The translations under genes were made by a program, and so were the position numbers. Shown here piece by piece: positions 9,993 to 19,758 of a stretch of 49,337 bases of DNA. This DNA comes from Candidatus Doudnabacteria bacterium (GTDB lineage: Bacteria; Patescibacteriota; Doudnabacteria; UBA920). How positions within the stretch are numbered: position 1 is the first letter of the stretch; each line of letters begins with the position of its first letter. Location of the stretch: assembly GCA_903908535.1 (NCBI GenBank), contig CAIVSE010000042.1, positions 1-49,337 of the forward strand. The letters are read 5' to 3'. The notes beneath the pieces are model-generated. The model saw nothing but the letters and a program-made list of their open reading frames with translations. It was not told the DNA's origin and did no database searches.

Positions 9993-10442
9993 ATGGACGA
10001 AACCACAAAAAAAGAATTTAAGGAAATACTGCAAACCGAACTCGAAATCCAATTTAAAAAAGAATTGGGCCCTGTTCATACGATACTAGATAAGCTGGAA
10101 GGTAAGGTTGATATTATTGATGGAAAGGTATCCAGCCTAACTTCAAGTATGAAAAAAGTTAAAGACCAGTTAAATGATTTGAATATAAAAGCAGACAATA
10201 CTGCTATTTTAGTGAGTAATTTGGCGGTAGACATGGTTGATGTACCTGATAATATTAAGGAAATTCTCCGCAGGCAGAGGCATACCGAAACCCATATTGA
10301 TTGGTTAGCCAAATACCATAAAGACGAAGAAGCCGACGAAAATGTTAATTTTAGGCTTATTGAAAAACATAAACAGGCCATACTCATGGTTGCTGAAAGG
10401 TCTGATGCTTATAAAGCTGTAAAAGAGGTTCTGGAGTCATAA
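9993..10442 (+). CDS. Coiled-coil hypothetical protein
   Basis: 149 aa, heptad-rich charged sequence, no recognised motif. Confidence 0.45.
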   Translation: MDETTKKEFKEILQTELEIQFKKELGPVHTILDKLEGKVDIIDGKVSSLTSSMKKVKDQLNDLNIKADNTAILVSNLAVDMVDVPDNIKEILRRQRHTETHIDWLAKYHKDEEADENVNFRLIEKHKQAILMVAERSDAYKAVKEVLES

Positions 10443-10517
10443 AAAACTTGCTTATTTAAAGCCGTTGTCACTAAATCTGCAGCATAAAAACCTGTCATTT
10501 GGCTGTTTTTTTGGCAT

Positions 10518-10546
10518 TTGACAGATTTTTCAATATAGTATAAGAT
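10518..10546 (+). promoter_or_regulatory. Sigma70-like promoter of the S10 operon
   Basis: TTGACA (10518-10523), 17-nt spacer, TAAGAT (10541-10546). Confidence 0.55.
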
Positions 10547-10624
10547 ATTGCAAGCGGCTACTGTTATAGCAGTAAGCCTGTTTAAATCAACTAACCAATT
10601 GACCTTTTCGGCAATTTAACAACA

Positions 10625-10960
10625 ATGGCCAAGGACACGGATAAAGCAGAGCAACAGCCAAGAATCCGCATAAAAATAAGGGCTTATGATCATAAATTGA
10701 TTGACCAAAGCTCTAAGCAAATTGTAGATACGGCCAAGAGAACCGGCGCTGCTATTTCCGGACCAATACCGTTACCCACAGAGCACAGCAAGTACACCGT
10801 GCTCCGCAGCACTTTTGTGCATAAAGACAGCCGTGAACAGTTTGAAATGCGGGTCCACAAGAGGTTGATTGATATTTTGCAAGCCACTCCCAAGACCATA
10901 GACGCTCTGACCAATTTAAACCTACCGGCCGGGGTGGATGTGGAAATTAAAATGAGTTAG
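10625..10960 (+). CDS. rpsJ: 30S ribosomal protein S10
   Basis: [17 protein letters not shown]...GPIPLPT; short N-terminal extension. Confidence 0.94.
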   Translation: MAKDTDKAEQQPRIRIKIRAYDHKLIDQSSKQIVDTAKRTGAAISGPIPLPTEHSKYTVLRSTFVHKDSREQFEMRVHKRLIDILQATPKTIDALTNLNLPAGVDVEIKMS

Positions 10961-11067
10961 TTTAGGTAAATTAGTTCTTTTTGGCCCAAGGTTAACAGCC
11001 TTAACCGGAAGACAACAGTTTACTCCCATTGATTTTTTTGATGCGGGTAAACCACCCGTATTTTTTT

Positions 11068-11730
11068 ATGAATTTCCTGATTGGTAAAAAACTGAATATG
11101 TCCCAGTACTTCACTGAAAACGGTGAGGTTATTCCGGTTACCGTGGTCCACGGCCAGCCAATGACCGTGACCCAAATTAAATCCACAGAAGGCAAAGACA
11201 AATACAGCGCCGTGCAGGTTGGCACTGGCAAAAGAAAAAAGGTATCTAAATCCATTGCGGGACACACAAAGGAATTAGGTGCTTTTTCTGTTTTGACTGA
11301 ATTCCGCGTCCCCGAGACGTCGGCTTACCAGCGCGGCCAGAAATTAGACATCTCCACTTTCCAGGTTGGCGAAATGGTTAATGTTATTGGCATCAGCAAG
11401 GGCCGCGGTTTTGCCGGGGCCATGAAGCGCCACGGTTTTCACGGATTTCCTATGTCTCACGGCCACAACAAGCCCCGCAGTGTCGGTTCCATTGGTCAAC
11501 GTTTTCCCCAGCACGTCAGAAAAGGTATGCGCATGGCCGGCCACATGGGCGTGGAGGGCGTAACGGTTAAAAATTTACAGGTAGTAGAAGTTGATGCTAT
11601 TAAGAATTTACTGACTTTAAAAGGCGCTATACCGGGAACCAGGAATGGCATTATTAAAGTTATTTCCACCGGTAAAGTTAAGCCTTTGTTTAAGGCCGAA
11701 GCGGTTAAGGAAGAAAAGAAGAAAAAGTAA
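11068..11730 (+). CDS. rplC: 50S ribosomal protein L3
   Basis: ATG at 11068 gives MNFLIGKKLNMSQYFTENGEVIPVTVV, matching the canonical L3 N-terminus. Confidence 0.93.
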   Translation: MNFLIGKKLNMSQYFTENGEVIPVTVVHGQPMTVTQIKSTEGKDKYSAVQVGTGKRKKVSKSIAGHTKELGAFSVLTEFRVPETSAYQRGQKLDISTFQVGEMVNVIGISKGRGFAGAMKRHGFHGFPMSHGHNKPRSVGSIGQRFPQHVRKGMRMAGHMGVEGVTVKNLQVVEVDAIKNLLTLKGAIPGTRNGIIKVISTGKVKPLFKAEAVKEEKKKK

Positions 11731-11817
11731 CCACAGATACACAGATTTCACGGATAACACAGATTTAAAGATTAAATCTATACTATCCGTGCCATCTGTG
11801 GAATCAGTGTATCAGTG
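11731..11817 (+). repeat. Intergenic hairpin repeat (CACAGATA-type) between rplC and rplD
   Basis: Starts CCACAGATACACAGAT, ends GTGTATCAGTG. The arms are imperfect inverted repeats with about 26 of 34 positions complementary by my alignment. Confidence 0.8.
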
Positions 11818-11826
11818 ATATATATT

Positions 11827-12483
11827 ATGAAGACAAGCTTATACAACCAGAAGGGTGAAATTATTGGAGACGTTGAACTCAACGCCAAAATTTTTGACGT
11901 CAAGCCCTCCATGCACTTATTGGCCGAGGCCGTGCGCGTGCAGCAAAACAATGCCCGCCAGGGCAGCTCCCACACCAAAACCCGCGGCGAAGTTTCCGGC
12001 GGCGGCAAAAAGCCCTGGAAGCAAAAAGGCACCGGTCGCGCCCGCGTGGGCAGCATCCGCAGCCCAATTTGGCGCCACGGCGGCATAACTTTTGGTCCGC
12101 GTTCCAACCAGAACTGGGAGCTGAAGATAAACAAGAAGGCCAAGACCAAGGCTTTGTTTATGTCCCTGTCCGATAAGGTCAAAAATAACCAGTTTATTGT
12201 TATCGACCAAATTGAACTGGCCGCGCCTAAGACCAAAGATTTTGTGGCCGTAATGAAGGCTTTGCAAAAGGAAGTGAAGGATTTTGGCAAAAAGCAGTTG
12301 TTTTTGATGCCCAAGGCCAGTGACAATTTAATGAGGGCATCCCGCAATATCCCGTCCGTAACCGCTTCTTTGGCCAGCAGCCTGAATATTTTGGATGTAA
12401 TGAAAGCCGACAGTGTGGTAATTTTAAAAGATAGTTTGCCGGTTATAGAAAAGATTTATTTAAAACAGGCGGTTAAAAAATAG
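11827..12483 (+). CDS. rplD: 50S ribosomal protein L4
   Basis: MKTSLYNQKGE...KPWKQKGTGRAR; operon order. Confidence 0.93.
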   Translation: MKTSLYNQKGEIIGDVELNAKIFDVKPSMHLLAEAVRVQQNNARQGSSHTKTRGEVSGGGKKPWKQKGTGRARVGSIRSPIWRHGGITFGPRSNQNWELKINKKAKTKALFMSLSDKVKNNQFIVIDQIELAAPKTKDFVAVMKALQKEVKDFGKKQLFLMPKASDNLMRASRNIPSVTASLASSLNILDVMKADSVVILKDSLPVIEKIYLKQAVKK

Positions 12484-12486
12484 TTT

Positions 12487-12762
12487 ATGGCGAAATTTGA
12501 CCAAAGCATAATTAAGAAGATGAGAATTTCCGAGAAGGCCACGCAGTCACAGGCCGGCGGCAAGTATATTTTTGACGTGGCAAAAAGCGCCAATAAGATT
12601 TCCGTTAAGCACGCCGTGGAGCAGCAATACCAGGTTAAGGTCACCCAGGTTAATATTGTTAATAACCAGGGCAAGGATCGCCGTTATGGCAAGACCAGCG
12701 GCACAACCAGTGATTTTAAAAAAGCTATTGTAACCCTAAAGCAAGGGCAGAAGATAGAATAA
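12487..12762 (+). CDS. rplW: 50S ribosomal protein L23
   Basis: Operon position, 91 aa, ISEKAT motif. Confidence 0.9.
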   Translation: MAKFDQSIIKKMRISEKATQSQAGGKYIFDVAKSANKISVKHAVEQQYQVKVTQVNIVNNQGKDRRYGKTSGTTSDFKKAIVTLKQGQKIE

Positions 12763-12765
12763 TTT

Positions 12766-13605
12766 ATGGCCGTAAAGATTTACAAACCAACCACCGCGGG
12801 AAGGCGCAAGGGCACCAGCGTGACCGACTATTCCGTTTTGCGCAAGGACAAAAAGTCCCCTAAGTTTTTAATTTTGTCCGGCAGCAACCGGGCAGGCCGC
12901 AACAATAGCGGTAAAATTACTGTCCGCCACCGCGGCGGCGGCTCCCGCAAAATTATCCGCATTGTGGATTTTTCCCGCCAGGACAAAAAAGACGTGCCGG
13001 CCGTTGTTAAAAGCATTGAATATGATCCTACCCGCAGCGCCTTTATCTCACTTTTAGCTTACAAAGACGGCGACAAGCGCTACATGCTGACCCCGCAGAA
13101 CGTCAAAGTCGGCCAGAAAATTTTATATTCCGACACCGCGGAAATCCTGCCGGGTAACCGTTTGAGCATTAAGAACATTCCGGTGGGTTCCATTATCCAC
13201 GACATAGAAATGATCCCGGGCCACGGCGGCAAGATTGCCCGCAGCGCCGGCAGTTATGCTACACTACAGAATACGGAAGCCGGTTATGGTATGTTAAAGA
13301 TGCCCAGCGGCGAAATCCGCCGCGTCAAAGAAGCGGCTTTGGCCACCATTGGCCAGCTGGCTAACAGTGACTGGATGAATGTGCGCATTGGCAAAGCCGG
13401 CCGCAAACGTTTAATGGGCTGGCGCCCCACAGTCCGCGGAAAAGTTATGAACCCGGTGGACCATCCGCACGGCGGAGGCGAAGGCCATAACCCAATTGGT
13501 ATGAAGTATCCCAAAACTCCTTGGGGCAAACACGCGCTGGGAGTTAAGACCCGTTCCAAGAAAAAGTACAGCAACCGTTTAATTATAAAACGCAGAAGCA
13601 AATAA
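12766..13605 (+). CDS. rplB: 50S ribosomal protein L2
   Basis: RHRGGGSRK...NPVDHPHGGGEG. Confidence 0.96.
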   Translation: MAVKIYKPTTAGRRKGTSVTDYSVLRKDKKSPKFLILSGSNRAGRNNSGKITVRHRGGGSRKIIRIVDFSRQDKKDVPAVVKSIEYDPTRSAFISLLAYKDGDKRYMLTPQNVKVGQKILYSDTAEILPGNRLSIKNIPVGSIIHDIEMIPGHGGKIARSAGSYATLQNTEAGYGMLKMPSGEIRRVKEAALATIGQLANSDWMNVRIGKAGRKRLMGWRPTVRGKVMNPVDHPHGGGEGHNPIGMKYPKTPWGKHALGVKTRSKKKYSNRLIIKRRSK

Positions 13606-13614
13606 TATAACGAT

Positions 13615-13947
13615 ATGTCCAGATCATCTAAAAAAGGACCATATGTAGATCCCAGAGTGCTGAAGAAAGTCCAGAACGGCAAGGCGGGGCAGACCCAGAT
13701 TAAAACCTGGTCGCGCGCCTGCGCCATTCCGCCGGAATTTGTCGGCTTTACGTTTTTGGTGCATAACGGCAAAATCCACCTGCCCGTGTTCGTGACCGAA
13801 AATATGGTCGGGCACAAGCTGGGCGAATTTGCTTTAACCCGCAAATTCCAGCGCCATGGCGGCAAAATGGCCAAGGAACAGGAAGCCGCCAAAGCCGCCG
13901 CGGAAAAAGCTAAATTAACGCCAGCCACGACCCCGGAGAAGAAATAA
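13615..13947 (+). CDS. rpsS: 30S ribosomal protein S19 with a Lys/Ala/Glu-rich C-terminal tail
   Basis: [11 protein letters not shown]...VHNGK...GHKLGEF. Confidence 0.94.
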   Translation: MSRSSKKGPYVDPRVLKKVQNGKAGQTQIKTWSRACAIPPEFVGFTFLVHNGKIHLPVFVTENMVGHKLGEFALTRKFQRHGGKMAKEQEAAKAAAEKAKLTPATTPEKK

Positions 13948-13955
13948 TTATTTTT

Positions 13956-14537
13956 ATGGCAAAAGTTACAGCTACAACCGAGTCTAAACCCCTTGTTACC
14001 GCTTTCGCGAGAGGTCTTCACGTTGCACCGCGCAAAATGCGTTTGGTCACTAACCTCGTCAAGAATATGAATGTTAACGACGCCCTGGCCCAGCTTACCT
14101 TTACTGACAAGAAGGCTTCGCCCATGGTCATGAAGCTGCTCCAGTCCGCGGTCGCCAATGCTACCAATAATTTTTCCCTGTCCGCCGACCATTTATATAT
14201 TAAAACTATTACCACTGACCAGGCCGCGGTAATGAAGCGCTATTTCCCGCGCGCCCGTGGCAGCGCCTTTGTTATCCGCCGCAAGCTCTGTAATGTTAAC
14301 GTGGTTTTGGAAGAGCGCAAAAAAGGCAAAGCGGCTGCCGGCCGGATGTCGTTCCTAAAGCGCAAAGCCGCCGAAACCAAGCCTGAAATTCAAAGCATAG
14401 ATGCCAAAGAAGCCGTTAACACCAAGCCGGAAAAGGTTTTAGGCAAAAAGAGTGAAATCGGCAAATCCGACGAGCAGATCAAGATGAATAAAGTCCAGAA
14501 TAAGCGCAGATTATTTAACCGCAAGACCGGCGAATAA
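13956..14537 (+). CDS. rplV: 50S ribosomal protein L22 with a long basic C-terminal extension
   Basis: L22 core (residues 1 to about 115) plus about 75 extra residues; operon order. Confidence 0.9.
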   Translation: MAKVTATTESKPLVTAFARGLHVAPRKMRLVTNLVKNMNVNDALAQLTFTDKKASPMVMKLLQSAVANATNNFSLSADHLYIKTITTDQAAVMKRYFPRARGSAFVIRRKLCNVNVVLEERKKGKAAAGRMSFLKRKAAETKPEIQSIDAKEAVNTKPEKVLGKKSEIGKSDEQIKMNKVQNKRRLFNRKTGE

Positions 14538-14541
14538 ATTT

Positions 14542-15216
14542 ATGGGACACAAGATTAATCCAACTTCATTACGCGTCAATATTACCGAAACCTGGAGATC
14601 CAAGTGGTTTTCCAAGAGCCACTATAAAGAGCAGCTTAAGGAAGACGTACAAATCCGCGAATACCTGGAAAAGCATTTAAAAAAGGCCGGCCTGGTCCGC
14701 GTGGACATAGAGCGCAAAGGTGACGGCACGCTGGCGGTAATGGTTAAAACCACCAAGCCCGGTTTAATTATCGGCAAGGGCGGCGCCGGCATTGAGGACC
14801 TGAAGACAAAGATTAAGGCCAAGCTGAAGATGAAGAAGGATATTAAGGTTAATATAGAAGAAGTCCGCGACGTCAATTTGCAGGCCCAGGTTATTGCCGA
14901 CGGCATTGCCGAACAGATAGAAAAGCGCGTGGCCTTCCGCCGGCTGATGAAGCAAACTCTGGAACAGATGATGAATGCCGGTGCCAAAGGCGCCAAAGTC
15001 GCCATTGGCGGCCGCTTAAACGGCGCGGAAATTGCCCGCACCGAACATTTGGCCAGCGGTAAAATCCCTCTGCATACCCTGCGCGCCGACATCGACTTTG
15101 CCCGCAGCACCGCTTTTACCACTTACGGCACGGTTGGAATTAAAGTCTGGATTTATAAAGGTGATATTTTTGAAGCCAGAAATCTAGACAGTAAAGTTGC
15201 CGAGCCAGTTAAATAA
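14542..15216 (+). CDS. rpsC: 30S ribosomal protein S3
   Basis: [12 protein letters not shown]...[10 protein letters not shown]. Confidence 0.95.
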   Translation: MGHKINPTSLRVNITETWRSKWFSKSHYKEQLKEDVQIREYLEKHLKKAGLVRVDIERKGDGTLAVMVKTTKPGLIIGKGGAGIEDLKTKIKAKLKMKKDIKVNIEEVRDVNLQAQVIADGIAEQIEKRVAFRRLMKQTLEQMMNAGAKGAKVAIGGRLNGAEIARTEHLASGKIPLHTLRADIDFARSTAFTTYGTVGIKVWIYKGDIFEARNLDSKVAEPVK

Positions 15217-15236
15217 TTTTTTTAAGACCACCCTGT

Positions 15237-15653
15237 ATGTTTATCCCCAAAAAATTAAAGCACCGCAAACAGCACCGCGGCAACACCAAGGGCCAGGCCA
15301 CGGCCGGCGCGGAAATTGCCTTTGGGCAGTTCGCGCTTAAGGCCATGGAAAGCTCCTGGGTCACTGCCCGCCAGATTGAGGCGGCCCGGCGCGCCATGAC
15401 CCGCTACGTCCAGCGCGGCGGCAAAATTTGGATTCGCATGTTCGCGGACAAGCCGGTGACTTTGCACGGCAATGAAAGCCCCATGGGCGGCGGCAAGGGC
15501 GCGGTGGACCACTTTGTGTCCGTGGTCAAAAAAGGCAAAATCCTGTTTGAGATGGATGGCGTCACCGAAGTCCAGGCCAGGGAAGCCATGCGGCTGGCCA
15601 GCTACAAACTGCCGGTCAAAAGTAAATTTTTAGTTAAACAGCATCAAGGGTAA
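15237..15653 (+). CDS. rplP: 50S ribosomal protein L16
   Basis: [15 protein letters not shown]...RMGGGKG-like. Confidence 0.95.
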   Translation: MFIPKKLKHRKQHRGNTKGQATAGAEIAFGQFALKAMESSWVTARQIEAARRAMTRYVQRGGKIWIRMFADKPVTLHGNESPMGGGKGAVDHFVSVVKKGKILFEMDGVTEVQAREAMRLASYKLPVKSKFLVKQHQG

Positions 15654-15662
15654 TTTAAATAT

Positions 15663-15854
15663 ATGAAGTATAAAGAATTAAAAAACAAGCCCGAGGCTGA
15701 AGCCAAAAAGTTTTTGGAAGAGCTGCAGGACCAGGCGCACGCTTTGGCCCAGAAAATCCGCCAAAGCGAGGAAAAGCAGACCCACAAGCTTAAGGCCTTG
15801 AAAAAGGATATTGCCCGCGTAAAAACTCTATTAACTACTTTAAAAGCCGCCTAA
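15663..15854 (+). CDS. rpmC: 50S ribosomal protein L29
   Basis: 63 aa, helical, operon order. Confidence 0.88.
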   Translation: MKYKELKNKPEAEAKKFLEELQDQAHALAQKIRQSEEKQTHKLKALKKDIARVKTLLTTLKAA

Positions 15855-15858
15855 ATTT

Positions 15859-16104
15859 ATGGATCAGACAAGCAAAAAACAGAATATGGTTGGAGTTGTC
15901 GTTTCTGACGTGATGCAGAAAACGGTGGTGGTTAAAGTTGACCATAAAAAGCGCCATCCCAAGTACAAGAAGAGCTATACCGTGTCCAAGCGCTATAAGG
16001 CCCATGACGAGAACAACGAATATAAGGTTGGTGATAGGGTGATAATTGAAGCTATTAAGCCCATGAGCCGGGAGAAGAAGTTTAAAGTTTTAAGCAAAGC
16101 TTAA
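15859..16104 (+). CDS. rpsQ: 30S ribosomal protein S17
   Basis: GVVVSDVMQKTVVVKV...KYKKSY...HDENNEYKVGD. Confidence 0.92.
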   Translation: MDQTSKKQNMVGVVVSDVMQKTVVVKVDHKKRHPKYKKSYTVSKRYKAHDENNEYKVGDRVIIEAIKPMSREKKFKVLSKA

Positions 16105-16113
16105 TTTTAATTT

Positions 16114-16506
16114 ATGTTACAGGTACGATCTTACATTAAAATTGCGGATAACACCGGCGCCAAAGTCGTCAACGTTTTTTCCGTTAACGGCAAGAACAGC
16201 AACCGCTTTGCCCGCGTGGGCGATATAGTGGCCGGCAGCGTGCGCCAGGTTTCCCCCAATTCCACTTTAAAGAAAGGCGACAAAGTTTACGCCGTAATCG
16301 TAAGAACCCGCAAGGAAATGCGCCGCAGGGACGGTTCCTACATCCGTTTTGACGAGAACGCCGGCGTACTGGTCAACAAGGAAAATGGCGAGCCTAAGGG
16401 CACCCGCATTTTTGGCCCCATTCCGCGCGAAGTCCGGGAAAAAGCCATTGGCAACATGGAAGATGGTTACAAAAAGATTATTTCATTAGCCCCGGAAGTT
16501 ATTTAA
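16114..16506 (+). CDS. rplN: 50S ribosomal protein L14
   Basis: [17 protein letters not shown]. Confidence 0.94.
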   Translation: MLQVRSYIKIADNTGAKVVNVFSVNGKNSNRFARVGDIVAGSVRQVSPNSTLKKGDKVYAVIVRTRKEMRRRDGSYIRFDENAGVLVNKENGEPKGTRIFGPIPREVREKAIGNMEDGYKKIISLAPEVI

Positions 16507-16510
16507 TTGT

Positions 16511-16831
16511 ATGAACAATAAGATGAAAATTAGGAAAGGTGATATGGTAAAAGTTTTGTCCGGCAAGGACAAGAACAAGACCGGCAAAGTTCTCACCGTT
16601 ATGCCAAGCTGGGGCAAGCTCGTGGTGGAAAATATTAACCTCCACACTCACTTTGAGCGCAGCAAGCAGGCCGGCCAGCCCGGACAAAAAGTTGTGGCCC
16701 CTTCGCCGCTGCCTGTAGGCAAGGTCCAGCTGGTGGATTCCTCTTCCGGCAGCCCCAGCCGCGTAGGATATAAGTTTTTGGAGAATGGGAAAAAACAGAG
16801 AGTGGCTAAAAAGAGCGGTAAAGCAATTTAA
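16511..16831 (+). CDS. rplX: 50S ribosomal protein L24 (alternative start at 16523)
   Basis: MKIRKGDMVKVLSGKDKNKTGKV. Confidence 0.9.
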   Translation: MNNKMKIRKGDMVKVLSGKDKNKTGKVLTVMPSWGKLVVENINLHTHFERSKQAGQPGQKVVAPSPLPVGKVQLVDSSSGSPSRVGYKFLENGKKQRVAKKSGKAI

Positions 16832-16833
16832 AA

Positions 16834-16916
16834 CCACAGATACACGGATTACACTGATATCACAGATTATTAAATCTATCATTTCAGTGTCATCTGTGAC
16901 ATCTGTGTATCAGTGG
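16834..16916 (+). repeat. Intergenic hairpin repeat (CACAGATA-type) between rplX and rplE
   Basis: Starts CCACAGATACACGGAT, ends ATCTGTGTATCAGTGG. Confidence 0.8.
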
Positions 16917-16927
16917 AATATTATTTT

Positions 16928-17467
16928 ATGGAAAGATTACAGCAACAATACAATAAGGAAATCGCCCCGGCTTTACAAAAGAAGTTCGCCTTTAACAATG
17001 TCATGCAAATCCCGAAAATCCGGAAGGTTGTGGTTAATATTGGCTTAAGCAAAGTTAAGGAAGACAAGAAAAAAGTTGATGAAGTCGCCGAAGAGCTAAA
17101 GAAGATTACCGGCCAGGCGCCGGTAAAAACCAAGGCCCGTACCTCCATTGCCGGCTTTAAAATCCGCGAAAATCAGGTTGTGGGCATGATGGTTACGCTC
17201 CGCGGCTACCGCATGTACAGCTTTTTGGACAAATTAATTAATGTGGCCCTGCCCCGCGTGCGCGACTTCCAGGGCGTTAACGCCAATGGTTTTGACGGCC
17301 GCGGCAACTACCATCTTGGCTTAAAAGAACAGCTGGTTTTTCCGGAAATTTCTTCTGAAAGCCTGGACAATATTTTCGGCATGGAGGTTTCCATTGTCAC
17401 CAACGCGGGCAAGGACGAGCCGGCCAGAGAACTTTTAAAATTAATGAGTTTCCCGTTTAAGAAATAA
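16928..17467 (+). CDS. rplE: 50S ribosomal protein L5
   Basis: ATG at 16928 gives [16 protein letters not shown]... The track start at 16913 lies inside the repeat. Confidence 0.93.
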   Translation: MERLQQQYNKEIAPALQKKFAFNNVMQIPKIRKVVVNIGLSKVKEDKKKVDEVAEELKKITGQAPVKTKARTSIAGFKIRENQVVGMMVTLRGYRMYSFLDKLINVALPRVRDFQGVNANGFDGRGNYHLGLKEQLVFPEISSESLDNIFGMEVSIVTNAGKDEPARELLKLMSFPFKK

Positions 17468-17475
17468 TTAACATT

Positions 17476-17670
17476 ATGGCTACCCAAGCACAAATTGCAA
17501 AAGCAAAGCGCAGCAGGATTAAACCGAAGTTTTCCACCAGGCTCATCCGCCGCTGCTGGAAGTGCGGCCGCAAAGCCGCCTATATGCGCGATTTTGACAT
17601 GTGCAGGATTTGCTTCAGGGAACTGGCCAGTAAAGGGGAGATACCGGGAGTGAATAAAGCGTCTTGGTAG
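17476..17670 (+). CDS. rpsN: 30S ribosomal protein S14, zinc-binding type Z
   Basis: 64 aa with CWKC...CRIC cysteine pairs. Confidence 0.92.
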   Translation: MATQAQIAKAKRSRIKPKFSTRLIRRCWKCGRKAAYMRDFDMCRICFRELASKGEIPGVNKASW

Positions 17671-17729
17671 ATATTATAAGTATCTTTGATAAAATTATTA
17701 TAAATTGACCATCGTATTAATTTAAACAT

Positions 17730-18125
17730 ATGTACACAGATCCGATAGCTGACATGTTAACCCGTATCCGCAACGCCGCCCTGGCCAAAAAGGGCGATCT
17801 GGTTTTGCCGTACTCCAAGTTTAAGCGCAGTCTGGCCAATGTCCTGCTCAAGGAAGGCTTTATTGCCGGAGTCAGCGATTCTGTCGAAGACGGACACAAG
17901 ATGCTACGGATTAATTTAAAGTACACTCCGGAAGGCGAAGCGGTCATCGCGGGAATTAAAAGAATCAGCAAGCCGGGCCAGCGCATTTATCTGCCGGTGG
18001 ATAAAATTCCAAGGACCAACAGCGGTTATGGCGTCACGGTAGTTTCCACCCCGAAGGGATTGTTGACAGATAGGCAGGCAAGAAAGGATAGGGTTGGGGG
18101 AGAAGTAGTGTGTCAGGTGTGGTAA
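17730..18125 (+). CDS. rpsH: 30S ribosomal protein S8
   Basis: MYTDPIADMLTRIRNA. Confidence 0.95.
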   Translation: MYTDPIADMLTRIRNAALAKKGDLVLPYSKFKRSLANVLLKEGFIAGVSDSVEDGHKMLRINLKYTPEGEAVIAGIKRISKPGQRIYLPVDKIPRTNSGYGVTVVSTPKGLLTDRQARKDRVGGEVVCQVW

Positions 18126-18136
18126 AATAATTAAAT

Positions 18137-18223
18137 CCACAGATACACAGATATCACGGATAACACAGATTTAAAAATTGAATCTATAATATCCGTGTCA
18201 TCTGTGGCATCCGTGTATCAGTG
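18137..18223 (+). repeat. Intergenic hairpin repeat (CACAGATA-type) between rpsH and rplF
   Basis: Starts CCACAGATACACAGAT, ends ATCCGTGTATCAGTG. Confidence 0.8.
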
Positions 18224-18233
18224 AATATATTTT

Positions 18234-18791
18234 ATGTCTAGAGTTGGAAAAAAACCAGTCGTCATTCCATCCGGCGTAAAGATGGAACTCAAGCAAAACA
18301 TTTTGACTGTCACCGGTCCTAAAGGCAGTTTAAGCCTGGCCGTGCATCCCCAGGTTAAAATTGAAATTTCCGAAAAAGAAGCCCGGGTTTTGGTTGACCG
18401 CGAAGACAACAAAAAAGAACGCGCTTTGTGGGGACTGTTCCGCGCCCTTACCCAGAATTTAGTGGACGGCGTGACCAAAGGCTTTGAAAAGAAACTGGAA
18501 ATTAACGGCGTGGGTTTTAAAGTAGCTTTACAGGGTTCAAATAAGCTGGTCATGGCTTTGGGCTTTTCCCATCCGGTGGAAGTGGACGTGCCTAAAGATT
18601 TAACCGCCGCGGTGGACAAAAATACTATTACCATTACCGGGGCTGATAAGCAGCGTGTGGGCCAGTTTGCCGCGGAAATCCGCGAATTAAAAAAACCGGA
18701 ACCATACAAGGGCAAGGGCATTAAGTATTCTGATGAAGTTGTGTTAAGGAAAGCCGGTAAAGTGGTTAAAGTTGTCGGAGGCGGCAAATAA
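18234..18791 (+). CDS. rplF: 50S ribosomal protein L6
   Basis: MSRVGKKPVVIPSGV. Confidence 0.94.
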   Translation: MSRVGKKPVVIPSGVKMELKQNILTVTGPKGSLSLAVHPQVKIEISEKEARVLVDREDNKKERALWGLFRALTQNLVDGVTKGFEKKLEINGVGFKVALQGSNKLVMALGFSHPVEVDVPKDLTAAVDKNTITITGADKQRVGQFAAEIRELKKPEPYKGKGIKYSDEVVLRKAGKVVKVVGGGK

Positions 18792-18810
18792 ATTTAATTA
18801 ATTTAAATAT

Positions 18811-19164
18811 ATGGATGCAACCAAGCAAAAATTAATCAAGCGCGCCGTACGCCATGCCCGGGTTCGTTCCCGCGTGTCGGGCTCAAATGACCGTCCCAGA
18901 CTGTCTGTTTTTCGCGCTAACCGCCATATTTACGCCCAGCTGATAGATGATTCCAAAGGCGTGACTTTGGCCACGGCCTCCAGCAAGGAAGTCAAAGTTA
19001 AGGATTCTAAAACCGGAATCTCTGCCGCAGTCGGCAAGTTAATCGCCCAAAAGGCGTCGGCTAAAAATATTTCTGCTGTTAAATTTGACCGCGGCGGTTT
19101 TGCTTACCATGGCCGCGTAAAAGCCCTGGCCGAAGCGGCCCGGGAAGGCGGACTTAAATTTTAA
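18811..19164 (+). CDS. rplR: 50S ribosomal protein L18
   Basis: [16 protein letters not shown]...[16 protein letters not shown]. Confidence 0.94.
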   Translation: MDATKQKLIKRAVRHARVRSRVSGSNDRPRLSVFRANRHIYAQLIDDSKGVTLATASSKEVKVKDSKTGISAAVGKLIAQKASAKNISAVKFDRGGFAYHGRVKALAEAAREGGLKF

Positions 19165-19244
19165 TTAACGACGCAGGCGAATCTGTCCCGATTTATCGGG
19201 ACAAGTGAGCCGAGGAGTTAATATATTATAATATATTTACACAT

Positions 19245-19745
19245 ATGGAAAAAAGACGCAGAAGCAATAGGGAAGACAACGAACGCGAACGCAGCGAGTT
19301 CGACCAAAAAGTTGTGGAAGTCAAGCGTGTCACCCGCGTGGTGGCCGGCGGCAAGCGCATGCGCTTCCGCGCTTTGGTGGTCATCGGCGACCATAAAGGT
19401 AAAGTCGGTATGGGCCTAAAAAAGGGCGCGGATTTTGCCGAGAGCGTCAACAAAGCTACTAACGCAGCCAAAAAGAATATGATAGTCGTGCCCCTGGTTA
19501 ACGGCACTATTCCGCACGAGATTAACATGAAGTACAAGTCATCCTCATTAATGCTCAAACCGGCCAGGCCCGGCACCGGTGTTATTGCCGGCGGAGCCGT
19601 GCGCCAGGTTTTTGACTTAGCCGGCGTGCGCAACGTGGTTTCCAAGATGCTCGGCTCAAACAATAAAGTCAATAACATTAAAGCGGTATTCGCGGCCTTT
19701 GGGAAAATGAAAAGCAAAGAAGCCATGAGGCAGATGAGAAAGTAA
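19245..19745 (+). CDS. rpsE: 30S ribosomal protein S5
   Basis: VKRVTRVVAGGKRMRFRALVVIGD. Confidence 0.94.
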   Translation: MEKRRRSNREDNERERSEFDQKVVEVKRVTRVVAGGKRMRFRALVVIGDHKGKVGMGLKKGADFAESVNKATNAAKKNMIVVPLVNGTIPHEINMKYKSSSLMLKPARPGTGVIAGGAVRQVFDLAGVRNVVSKMLGSNNKVNNIKAVFAAFGKMKSKEAMRQMRK

Positions 19746-19758
19746 TTTTACAAACTAT

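Noticed and set aside
13284-14192. 302-aa minus-strand ORF across rplB-rpsS-rplV
   Set aside because: It is antisense to three strongly recognisable ribosomal protein genes, has no motif of its own and has low-complexity composition. It is a typical shadow ORF.
11731-18223. CRISPR-like interpretation of the periodic 8-9 nt units
   Set aside because: The units are far too short and have no spacers. The two halves are inverted complements forming a hairpin, and no cas genes are present in the window.
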